From Hemiscyllium ocellatum (taxonomy: Eukaryota): a stretch of 64,000 nucleotides of DNA. The stretch lies in the NCBI RefSeq assembly GCF_020745735.1, contig NC_083406.1:102835164-102899163 (forward strand), written 5' to 3'. A model generated the notes under the pieces. That model worked only from the letters and a program-made list of their open reading frames with translations. It was not told the DNA's origin and did not search any database. Below, in pieces: positions 35,600 to 47,760 of the stretch (positions within the stretch are counted from its first letter, which is position 1; every line of letters starts with the position of its first letter). The position numbers were made by a program, and so were the translations under genes.

Positions 35600-38500
35600 G
35601 TTTAGGAACTTCAAATGCGATGGCTCAGACTGTTCGGGTGATTTCCTAGAATGAAAGCACTTCTATTTCCACCTGAGCTTGCTTATCTGGGCTTAACTGA
35701 TAATGATATTGCTCTGCTGGTACTGATTCCTAGATCATGCCTGACGAGCATAGTACTTCCAGGTGTATCTCTCCAGATTTCCTTAGATTCCCTAAGAAGC
35801 CTTACCACATCTTCCCATTGTTCTTTTTTTAAGGATAAAAATACACAGTGTCTAAATGTCCCAGCAAGTTAGCATTTGCTAATTAAATTGTAGGAGGTTC
35901 ACTTTCTGAACAATCCACCCTCCTTCTACTCCACTCTTATCTCTGATCTCCTCCACTACATTTACCACTTGGCATTTTTGCTCTTTCTTATCTTCTTCTC
36001 TAAAATAATATCATTTTAATATATTTATGTGACATAACCAATTCTTCTTCCAGCAATCAGGAGTATTTACCAGATAAAACCAGTGTGGATCACTGAATTT
36101 CATTTTTAGAGGTCCCTCTGTGTAGGTAAAACACTAAAACTTTGTCTTCTTTTTGAAATATTCCAATTGCAGCATGTCCATTCTTTCTTCTTTTCCTGTG
36201 GAGTTTTTGGTTGTTCCCATCCCATGGGTGCTACCAAACACTGAGGATTCATCTTTTTGTATTAAAAACCTTTCCTTAATTTTAGTGGGCTTCTTATTTT
36301 ATGTCTATGGGTCAAATAAAATGGACTGAACCAAGTAGATTCATTTGGCTAACACTTTTTTATTCTTTGTTAATAAGTCCTATCCTTTGTCCAGATGCTG
36401 TGAATATTCACAGCAATACATCTTAATCATTGTTTTCAGAGTTTATTGATATCTCTCCAAACATCCTCACACTTATGGATGATAGCTAGTATTGTTTGAT
36501 ATCTAAATTGCTGATTACGTCCTGAAAAAAATTAGTCATACAATCAGACCAATGTTCGAATCATATTTTAACTGGGAGTCCATAATGTACAAAAAAGTAT
36601 TACTTTTCCAAAATACCTTAGCTGTAATTATTCTAAAAAGGAGCTGCTTCTGGAAATATTGTTATAATTATAAAAAGATAAGAAATAGGAAAATGAATAG
36701 ACCATTTGGCACCTTGCACCTGCTCTACCATTCAATAGGACCATTGCTGATCAGCTATTTCTCATGTCCACAATCATGCCCTTTCTCCATAATCCTTGAT
36801 TCCCCTACTGATCAAGAATCTATTTTCCTCAGCCTTAACTATACATGAGAACTCTAGCCCCATAATGCTTCCAATTTCAAATAATCTCCCTTCCCATTCC
36901 CCCTCAGTAAAGTGTTATTGATTGTATGGGAAGATTTCTGAAAATAGAATTGGGATACCAGCATTTATCCTTACAGTTGGATACATTGGTTGTAATTTTC
37001 CAAAACCTTTGGATTTTGCAGTAATACTGAAGGATTGGAAAACTACCAATGTGACACCCTGATTCAAAAAGGGCAGCAAAAAATAGGTCAAATATCTATT
37101 GCTGCAAAATTGTTGGAATCAATTATTCAGTACTAGCAGCATAGTTGGAAAACCATAATCTAATCAAGCCAAATCAGCATAGCTTCATGAAAGGTAAATC
37201 ATGTCTGACTAATTTATTAGAGCTTTTTGAGAATACTTCATCCAGAGTGACAGAAAGGAACCAGTAGATGTGTTGTATTTGTACTTCCAGAAAGCACTTG
37301 CCAAAGCACGTCACAGAAGGTTAAGTCAAAAAATATGAACCCATGATGTTAGAGGTAATAAATTAATGTGGATAGAGAATTGGTGATGGGGTAATAAAAA
37401 GCAAATGAGAATAAGGGGTTCTTTTACAGCTTAGCAACCTGTAACCAGTGGGGTTCCAAAAGGATCAGAATTGGAACCATGACTGTTTATTAATTATTAA
37501 TTACTTGGAGAAAGGAAGCAAGTGTACTGTGGCCAAACTTGTAGACAATATAAAAGTAAGTGGAAAAACCAATTAAAAAAAAAATACAAATGGTTTACAG
37601 AGAGATACTGATTGGTTAAGTAAGTGGATAAAATGTTTGCAAATGGAGTATACTGGAGAAAATGTGAAGTTGTTCATTTTGGAAGGGAGAACAAAAGAGC
37701 AGAGCATTATTTAAGTGGTCAAAAACTGAAGAAAGCTACAACACAAAGGGAATTGGGTGTACCACAAGCAGACAAAATGAAAGCTAGTGCACAGGTGCAA
37801 CAAATAACCAGGGAGGCTATTGGAACATTGGTCCTTTTTCATGAAGCTGGAATATAAGAATCAGGAAGTCTGACTGCACTTGTGCAAGGTGATGATGAGA
37901 CCACATCTGGAGTACTGTGGATAGTTTTAGTTCCCTTACTTACAGAAAGATATTATGTCATTCAAGGCAGTTCAAAGAAGGTTCACTAGGATGATCCTTG
38001 GTACAAAGGAATTGTCTTCTGAGCAAAGACTAAACTGTTTGGAACTCTACTCACTGGAGTATAGAAGAATGAGAGGTGATTTCATTGAAACACATGGGAT
38101 TCTTGAGGGTCTTGACAGGGTAAATGATGAGAGAATGTTTCCTTTCATAAGAGAGTCTAGGATCAGAGGGCATAGTCTCAGAATTAAAGTTGTCAATTTG
38201 AGACAAAGATGAGGAAGAATCTCTTCTCTCAGAGGGTTAAGCGCCTTTGGAACTCCTTGCCATATAGAGCTGTGGGTAGCCAAGCAGGAGGCTGGAAGAA
38301 CACAGCAAGCGAGGCAGCATCAGGAGGCAGAGAAGTCAACATTTCAGATGTAACCCTTCTTCAGGACTTGGGGTGGGGATAAAGGGAGCAACAGATGAAG
38401 GGGGGGAGGGCGTGGGAGTATTTTGGTTAGAGAGAGGGTCGGAGTGGTAAGGTAGTGGTAGGTGAATACAGATAGAGGGTACGGCCTGGTTGGTCAATGG

Positions 38501-39300
38501 GAGGAATAAATCCAGTTGGTAGCTGGAAGGAAGGGTCAGTCAGAAGAAAGGAAGGAACGTGGATGGTGCTTTCATCTGAATAAGGAACAATGCAGCAGAT
38601 GGCAAACACCCTAGACATGAAGAGGTCACAGCTGAAGGTTTCCTCAGAGTGCACAGGAGGTACAGGAGGAGTGGTGCAGGCTCAATGATCCAAGTGGTCT
38701 ACTATTTTCCTTGTGTGTGTATACTTGTACAGTGTTATAATCCATTGAAGTGTCCTCCGACAGTAATGACCAAATTTCATGTGTAGTCCTTGCTAACTAG
38801 CTCTGTATATGTAATGTTCAGTTTTTCTTCAGCTGCTTCATTTGTTTTGCTATTTCTCAAATGACAAAGAAAGCCTCCAATTGTTTTCTTCAAATTTTAG
38901 TAGGGCCTGTACAAATTTAAACATTTCCTTACTGGACTTCAGATTATAAAGCCTTCCTCATTAGAGTCTTCTTTGAAATCTGAAGTCAGTTTTTCAACTG
39001 CTTCTTTTTAAGGTGGTATTGCTTATCTGACAACTTTATCCTTTTTTTTCAATCTTCTCTCTCAGCTGAATCACTATTTCCTTCCTTTTAAATTCACTTT
39101 CTTGTGTCTTTTGTTCTCTTTGAAATACTTGTTCTGTTTCTTTTTCTTTTTAATAAGACTGAAGTCTATTCACTTCCAGTCCATTTTCAACACACTTCAA
39201 AGAGAGACACAGAATGACTTTGAAACTTTAGTTCTGATTGTCTGAGTTTTTCCAGTATTTTCTTTACCCCAATTTCTGGAACACAAGGAAAGAAGCACAG
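35600..39300 (-). mobile_element. Gmr1-like Gypsy LTR retrotransposon remnant (gag - INT - RT order), split by a CR1 insertion
   Basis: gag at about 38720-39300 (KFEE..EAFF..FEK.AKQMK...LLSED.SMDYNTV); integrase at about 35990-36665 (FPEA.P.R.ITAK, YGLP, ERY..TLKTMI..YC.E, YLVNTPD..K...LCHIN.LK.YY); RT start at about 35600-35830 (PG.T...HD, YQLSP.KQ.QV..EV, VPKP). Confidence 0.75.
36930..38285 (+). mobile_element. CR1 LINE ORF2 (RT and C-terminus), degenerate
   Basis: DWK..NVTP.FKKG, QH.FMKGKSCLTNLLE.FE, VDV.YL.FQKA, KCEVVHFGREN, VQRRFTRMI.G motifs. Confidence 0.88.
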
Positions 39301-41004
39301 AAGATGCTATTATTTATGGCCAAATATGCCTAAGTTAATTTGCATCTGGTGTCCTGTGCCAGAAATATCAGAGGTCAGTTGAAAGCCACAAAGTAAATTA
39401 TTCTTTTCAATGGCTGAGTGTGCCATGTGCATCAGACTTTTACAGAATGCCTCAGTTAATGATGAACCATTACATACCCAAGGGAGAGAGCAGCCAGGAC
39501 ATGGTGAAAGTAATTTTCCTCTCAGCAAGGTTAACCACAAAAGATCATTCCTGTATCCATGGAATCCAAACAAACCTTACTAAGGGACATGGACGGTCCT
39601 ACCACGGGTACAGACATTGTCATTTTGCAGACATAAACGCTCATCCAGTATAAGAAACATTACTCCTTCTGAATTAGAATTAAAATCAATGACATAATTC
39701 TGATGTCAAAATTAGTTAAGAAAGAGGAATGACATTTCAGTGTCGTCCAAAGAAAGAAAGTGTCACCCCAAGGTGAGTGAGCATGTTCTATATAATTTAT
39801 GAGGATTGAATAGGAGAATGGAATGACAACAGGTCTCCAGCAATATCTGAAATTAATACTAGCTGCTGAGTGCTATAACTGAGAAAACTGAAAAACTTGT
39901 AATTGATTGAGCAGATAGTTTATAGCATGGCTCTTATTTAACTGTCAAGGTTAGAAGGTTGACTGATTAAATAGCAATATTAATAAAATAAGTTCTATGG
40001 ACACAGGCAGTTCTTCTACAATCAAATTTATTGCTCAGGTTTAGTTCGCCTGAGAAGGTGGTGTACAATTTTCTACAACGCTTTATTTTACAAGTGAGTG
40101 GTTTCCTAGGCCTCTTCATTGGACGTTAAGATCCAAACACAATACAGGATTGGCATTAGTTAAACTGGATCAGACAGAAATAGTAGATCGATACCCCGTC
40201 AATGAATATTAGAAAAAAAACCTGTTTTTCTTAAAATCCATAAGGTTTTATGGTAATTTTACTGGTGTCAGCACACAGTGGTTCCATCTGTTTATGCAAC
40301 TAAGATTGAGAACAGTCAAATTATTTTCTTTATACAAATACGCCAAGCAATGTTTTTAAAATGACATGTGTGGAATTTTAGTTTAATTTTGATGTGACTG
40401 GAAGGTTCTTCAGTAAATGGATTATTTTTGTTAATAGAGAATGAAAAATACAGGTCATTGTTGGGAATTTACTGCAGACTCCCTGATAATGGGTTTGTGG
40501 AAGAAATATAGACATATAAATACATCAGAGAAATATGTTGTTCAAACAAAGTGGAGATTTTAATATTCATAGATGGAGGCAAAGGACAGTCTAAAATGAA
40601 TCTTTAGAAGCATATAGTTCACATTAGTATGTTAATATTTAATTCCTGGAGTAAGCTATTTGTAATACATTGGTGATTATTTTTGCATTGTTTTGTTGCA
40701 ATTTATTTAAAATAAATTATTTATCAAGTGTTTTACATTAGACAATGATTTAGCAAGGACAAAAACAAGAGGCTCTTATGGTGCGGTGGTAGTGTGGACC
40801 CACGGACCGAGAAACCTGGGTTCAAATCTCAACTGCTCCAGAGGTATGGAAAAACATCTCTGAACATTTTGCTTAGAAGAATAGATTAAAATAAAAAACA
40901 CATAAATATCAGCATTTTAAGTGGCGTGCAGATGCAAATAAATCCAACTGAGTGAACATATAAAATACTTAATGAGAACTGCAAAAATTTCCCACTGCAA
41001 TACA

Positions 41005-41450
41005 TATAGAAAGAAAGAAAATGGTTTATATTGTACCTTATATGATATCTTAAAATACTTTAAAGCTAATGAAGTAGTTCAGAATTCTAGTCACTATTGT
41101 TATGTAAAAAACACAGCAGTCAATTTATACACAGCAATGCTCACAAACAGCAATATGATGATCACTAAGTAGTCATTCTTTATAACATCCACTGAGGAAT
41201 AAATATTGGCCAAGAAATCAGGAATAATATCACTGCTGTTTTGTAAAACTGTTCCATGGAATATTCTACATTTAAATGAGAAAGCAGATAGAGCTTCAGT
41301 TTGCCATCTCACCTGAATGCAGCATCTCTTTACGGTGCTGCATTAGAGTGTTAGCCAAGAATTTTGTCTTCGGGTCTCAAGAGTGGGACTTGAACTCAGA
41401 GCACTCTGACTCAGAGACACGATTATCACCAACTGAACCTTGACTGCTAC
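41005..41450 (-). mobile_element. SacSINE1-like Deu-SINE (another copy at about 49500-49840)
   Basis: Near full-length: tail, Deu domain (CCATGGAATATTCTACATTTAAATGAGAAAGCAGA..) and tRNA head GAGTGGGACTTGAACTC..CTGACTCAGAG. Confidence 0.7.
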
Positions 41451-42445
41451 AGTAGCACCAAAATGAGGATGAGAATAGTTGGGTAGCTGTTTCTGACTGG
41501 TGCAGACTTGAGGGCTAAAGGGCCTTTTTTCTGTGCTGTAGAGCTCTATGACTCTATGATACTGTTTCCTATGGCTACAGTAGTACTGTTTAAATTAGAA
41601 GATGAAGGATTACAAAACAGCCTGTGCTGAAACTATTCCTTTAAACTTCCTGACTGAAGCTTAACAATGATATTGTTTGCTTGATGTTCAGAACTGCACA
41701 AATGTTGTGGATATGCTTATGTTACGCATAAACATTTACTTAATGGCATATGCCAGGTTATGATCATTGCTATCTCTAGTAATCACTTCTGAATTATCAT
41801 ACTTTAAACATGCAGTGATTTGACCAGAATTACTAGTCCTTCATTTAGACTGCAAGGAACATAGTAACTGCTCGTGGCTGCTATGACAACCAAAATCAAT
41901 GATGTAAAACCATCTGATCATTCTGGTGGCATTTATGGAGGCAGAATGAAGTACATGTAAATGTGAATTATTTTAATATTAACATCTTATTTTTAGGTTC
42001 AGGCTATGGATAGAAATTGATTGCATTTCCTTTATGTGTTATGGAATTATGGAATTCCCTCTTTCAGAAGTATATAACAAACATGCTCAACGAGCTGATT
42101 TAATTCCTTATCGGATGCTTGTCATGAAGAACATCAGAGAGAATCTGGCACTACCAGAATAGGTATAGCTCAATTGGCTGCAAAGTAAAGCTGCCTTTAA
42201 TCTGCCTAGGCAATATAATTTATGAATGCATTTTTTAAAACACAGAAGAATAATTCTTAAGGACAGCAAGAACTAGATTGCCAATTAGTAGAAGTTATAA
42301 TGTAAGAAAGCAGCACAGGGTAAATCCTTTCATTTTATTTTATATATTACATTCTGTGAGATTTGATGGCAAAGTTAAGATGCTATTGCACAACCCAGAA
42401 TCTTTAGGTTATCCAAGTAATTGGAAATTCCTTAATAAAGTTAAG

Positions 42446-42765
42446 GGGGCAGCACGGTGGCTCAGTGGTTAGCACTGCAGCCTCACAGCGCCAGGGACCC
42501 GGGTTCAATTCCTACCTCGGGCAACTGTTTGCACATTCTCCCCGTGTCTGCGTGGGTTTCCTCTGGGTGCTCCGGTTTCCTTCCACAGTCCAAAGATGTG
42601 CAGGTCAGGTGAATTGGCCATGCTAAATTGCCTGTAGTGATAGGTGCATTAGTCAGGGGTAAAACGTAGGGGAATGGGTCTGGGTGGGTTGCTATTCGGA
42701 GGGTCGGTGTGGACTTGTTGAGCCGAAGGGCCTGTTTGCACACTGTAGGGAATCTAATCTAAATT
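42446..42765 (+). mobile_element. HE1-type V-SINE
   Basis: GGGCAGCACGGTGGCTCAGTGGTTAGCACTG..GGGTTCAATTCC head; V-domain; AATCTAATCT tail. Confidence 0.9.
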
Positions 42766-44639
42766 AAAATCAAGAAACTGAAGATCTGAAACAAAAACAA
42801 ATTGCTGGTGAAATTCAATAGATCTGGTACCATCTGTGGGAAGAAAGCATAGATGTTTTGAGTTAATGTTTTGAGTCCAGTGACTGTTCATCAAAATGAC
42901 AATTCTCTTTTTTTTCTTAACATATGACTGAGTTCACATACACTTAGCATTGAGACCACTTGATTTAAAAAATGTGAAACCACTTTAAAACATTGACATA
43001 GGCATTAAACAGATTACGCTTAAAATTAATTTTAAAATCCTTGCTTAATTAGGAAAATCATTAATGTTATTCTTTAATATATTACACAGAAATGGCCAGC
43101 AAATCAGCAGACTCTTTTTATACTTCAAAGATCTAACCCATTTATTATGAATTAGCATAATTTAGTTAAGCCCTTTGAAGCTAACAAATTTGAATACTGT
43201 ATCTTGTCATGGCTAACAATTAACAAAGTTCAGAACAGATAGCAGTGAAGAATATATACAATCATTCTGCCACTCAGAGATATTTTCTATTGTTGCCACA
43301 ACTGAAGAGACTATGATTGAAATGTATACGAGCCACAGGCATGAAAGAAGACTCCAGATTTTCATTGTACTGTCTGGTGTAATACTAAACCAGTAAGATT
43401 CTAATAGCTAAAGGTACCTTCATTAAATATTGGTCCTATATAACAGAGATAAATAGAAAAAAGTCCCAAGACTGTTTGCAGTCTTCCGCTGTATTCATTG
43501 TTTGAATTGATGTTCAGGGTATATATAATCATGTAAATTGATATTTCTGTCTCAACAACAGAAATCGTGTCATTATGAAGAGTCTTACAGAAGAAGGAGA
43601 GTCATAAATTTGTTTAACCAATCATTCTAACCGTAAGTATTGAAAAATATTTTAACTAATATCACATAATATCTTACATTTTTGTTTCTACCTTTCACTT
43701 AATTGTAAATAATCTGGTGAGTAATTTACCAGATATAATGGGTTTAGCTGAGACATCTAAGTACACTAGGTGGCAGTCAATTCCACACCAACAATTGTGA
43801 AGAAATTATACATTCAATTGGAAGTAGCTTTTTATGAAGTTATTATTAATAATACCCTCTATTCAATTTTCTCATTCTCAAATTACCATGATACATCTAG
43901 GTTGCTAACTTTTATTATTATTTTAACAGTGCATCACATATTTACCTGTAATTATGAACAGGGATTATATCAATGAATGCTTGGAGAAGCATGTAAATCG
44001 AGAACAACACATTTTCAAGAAGAAGGTCGAACACAACTAGTTCTACATTTTTTCAACAAGTTCCCAATACATAGACAACGACGCAGACAATTTTTATGGT
44101 CTTGAAGAAATTGTGCAACAGACTATCTCAAATAAGAAATTTGTCACAAAGTTAGGGTCACAGATGTACAGCACGGAAACAGACCTTTCGATCCAACTTG
44201 TCCATGCCGACCAGATATCCCAACCCAATCTAGTCCCACCTGTCAGCACCCGGCCAATATCCCTCCAAACCCTTCCTATTCAGATACCCATCCAGATGAA
44301 AAATAGGAACAGCAGTAGCCATTCGATCCTTAAAGCCTGCTCCGTCGTTCATTATTTTAATTTAATTAGTTTAATTTGGCATCATGTTTGGCACAACATT
44401 CAACTTAGAGGGTGTCTGCTTTCTGCCCACATCCTTTGACCCTTTTATGCTTGAGTGATAAATCCAACTCCTTCTTGAAATCACACAATGTTTTGGCTTG
44501 ACTGCTTCTGTGGTAGCAAGTTCCACAGGTTCACCACTCTCTTGGGAAGAATGTTCTCCCTACTTTGGTCCTAAATGATTTATCCCGTTTCCTGGACTGT
44601 AACCTCTTGGTCTGGACTCCCCCATAATACTCACTCAGC

Positions 44640-47600
44640 TTGTCCAAAACACACTGAAGCATCTTTGCATCCTCCTCACACCTCAACTTTCCACCAGCTT
44701 TGTGACATCTACAAATTTGGAAATCTTACATCAGGAACATAGTTCCTGCATCTACCCTGTCTAATCTTATTAGAATTTTATTGTTTTTTATAAGAACTCT
44801 CCTCATTAATCTGAACTGCAGTGAATATAATCCTAAACAATTCAATCTCTCTTCATACCTAAGTCCTGCCATCACAGGAATCAGACTGGTAAATTTTCGC
44901 TGCAAGAACATCCTTCCTCAAATAAGTGGACCAAACCTACACTCAGTAATTCAGAAGGATAATTACATCCCTACTCCTGTATTTGAAACCTATTGCTGTG
45001 AAGGATGACATACAATTTGCATATTTTATCACTTGCTGCACCTGTATGATTGCTTTCAGCCGCTGGTGAACAAGGACATCCAGGTCTCATTGCACATTCT
45101 CTTCTCTCAATTTAAAGCCATTCAGATAATAATCTGCCCTCCTGTTTTTGCTACCAAAGTAGATAACCTCACACATTATACTATATCTGCCATCTGTCAT
45201 TGGAGTTTAGATGATTAAGGGGAGACTTAATAGAGACGTACAAGATAATACATGGCTTGGAAAGGGTGGACGCTAGGAAATTGTTTCCATTAGGCGAGGA
45301 GACTAGGACCCGTGGACACAGCCTTCGGATTAGAGGGGGTCAATTCAGAACAGAAATGCGGAGACATTTCTTCAGCCAGAGGGTGGTGGGCCTGTGGAAT
45401 TCATTGCCACGGAGTGCAGTGGAGGCCGGGACGCTAAATGTCTTCAAGACAGAGATTGATAGATTCTTGTTGTCTCAAGGAATTAAGGGCTACGGGGAGA
45501 ACGCTGGTAAGTGGAGTTGAAATGCCCATCAGCCATGATTGAATGGCGGAGTGGACTCGATGGGTCGAATGGACTTACTTCCACTCCTATGTCTTATAGT
45601 CTTATGGTCTTATTTATTTGCTCACTCATTTATCTTGTCCAAATCATTCTTGTCTGCCAACCAGTTTTCTATCCATCTTCATACACTACACTCAATCCTA
45701 TACATTTTAAGTTTACACACAAATCTCTTATTTGGGACATTGTTGAAAGTCTTCTGAAATTCCAAATAAACTACATTTCACCTCATCAACTCCACTAGTT
45801 ACATCTCAATGAATTCCAGTAGATTTGTCAAGAATTTCCTAAGTATAAATCTATGCCAACTCTGTCCGATCTTAGCATTGTTTTCCAAGAATTTTGCTAT
45901 TAAACATTTCATAATGAATTCTTGCATTTTCTCCACTGCCAATGCCAGGCTGTATATTCTACAATTCCCAGATTTCTCTCTATCGCCCCTGTTAAATAGA
46001 GAGGTTACAATAGTTACCTTCCAATCTGTGGGAATTATTCCAAACTACAGAATATTGGAAGATGACCAATAACGCATCCATTACTTCTAGGGCCACTCCC
46101 CTAAGTACTCTGGAATATAGATTATGAGGCCTTGGGGATTTATCAGCCTTTAAGTTTCACAACTTCATTTTCCTATTAATATTAATTTCCTTCAGTGCTT
46201 TTGTATTCTCCCATTTCTGGTATGTTATTGGTGTCCTCATTTGTGAACACAGACCATAGCAAGCATTTAGCTGGTCAGTCTTTGCTTTGTTCCCTAAACT
46301 GCCTCAGACTGTAAGGGACCTACCTTTGTCTTCACCCATCTTTTCCCCTATGCATACCTAAAGAAACATTTACAACCTTTTTTATGTCCTCTCAAGTTAC
46401 ATTCATATTTTATTTTCCCTTTGATGATCAATCCTTTTGTCCTCCTTTGCGGAATTCTAAACTGCTTCCGCTCCTCAGGTATGTTATTTCTTCTGGGCCA
46501 ATTTATATGCCACTTCCTTGGATCTGATTTCCATTGTAAGCTTTGTTTGGCCATCTTTCCCATTTCACTTTTGCACCAGACAGGAATGAACAATTGTCGC
46601 AGTCCACCTACGCAATCTTTGAATGTTTCCCATTGACTTTCCACCATCACCCCTTTCAATAATGTCCCCCAATCTCATAGCCAACTTGTACCTCCTACTA
46701 ATGTAATTTCCTCTATTTAGGTTCAGGTCCTATTCACAAAATCAACTACATCGCTCTCTATCTTGATAAGCAATTCTACTAAATTATGGTTATTCATCCT
46801 GTTAGGGACCAGACCAAACCCTCTCAAAATGTTGAGAAGATAATCTAGACCTAACTTTCTCTTATTTTAAAGGTAAATGTAAGGTGTTATGTTCCAGATG
46901 CAATTTGATTCATCAAACTACTGGATTTAAAGCACCTTTTGTTCATCCACGTTTCTTAAAATACAGCAAAAGAATGAAGGAATTGGAATAACAACTGTAT
47001 TGGAAAAACATTACAGAGTATAAAATACAGTAACTATTACTAATTAATTACTCCAAAATAGTAACATCCCATAAACACACTCTTGGCAAAAGGCAAATTC
47101 AGATAACAGATTGTCTCACATGCAACCACAGTAGTAGGAAAAGATGCCCCTAGTTTTGGCTGTAACTGAGAGAGAGAAAAATAGCTTCCAATTCTTTAAG
47201 ACCCCAACAGCAACTGATGAAAACTGAAACTAAAAATCCTAGTTCTGTGGGAGCTTGACCACATACTCATTCAGGCCGCTATCATTGTTCCTACTTTAAG
47301 AAAAACCCTGTTGGCTCCGGTAGACCGTTCATCACCTCTACCTTAACTCCCTTCTATAAAATAAACCAGGATAAAATAAAGCCATAGTATCAGCACAATC
47401 CCCGAGGGACCTTGCACAAGTAGAAAATCAATTATTCCTTTCTCATTACACAGCACCCAATCCAAGATGGCCTGTTCCCAGGTCCTCAACATATGATCCT
47501 GAAAACCATTCCTTATATATTCCAGGAATTCCCCAGTATGTTATTGCTATGGTATTTGCTCAATCAGTATTCAGATTAAAGTCAGCTATAATTAGAGACG

Positions 47601-47760
47601 TTCATTTATTGCATGTATCTCCAATTTCCCAGTTTAATGATATTCCCAACATCATTCCTACAGTTTGTGCATCTATCTATAACCATCCCTGACTCTTTTT
47701 GGCTCCATTGTGTTTCTCAGCTTCTCCCATTCAGATTTCACATTGTCTGAGCTATTATTA
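44640..47760 (-). mobile_element. Long degenerate CR1 LINE hosting a younger CR1 3' end (+, about 45200-45612) and a solo LTR
   Basis: Minus-strand RT and endonuclease motifs; ORF 45257-45520 (LFPLGEETRTRGHSLRIRGGQFRTEMRRHFFSQRVVGLWNSLP) with intact CpGs. Confidence 0.8.
46800..47397. mobile_element. Solo LTR, 598 bp
   Basis: Starts TGTTAG, ends GCACA; 4-bp TSD ATCC at 46796-46799 and 47398-47401; flanking CR1 sequence appears contiguous once it is removed. Confidence 0.8.

Noticed and set aside
40438-40610. Exon-like open frame on +
   Set aside because: Another frame reads G.Y.R.P...GDFN..W, a CR1 endonuclease fragment
40772-40870. tRNA gene
   Set aside because: Has A/B-box-like sequence but no complete cloverleaf; consistent with a tRNA-derived SINE head, as are the HE1 heads
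41849-41956. SFWWHL as the FWWh motif of FAM227
   Set aside because: Only a short match in a frame with two stops; neighbouring blocks do not resemble FAM227 as I recall it
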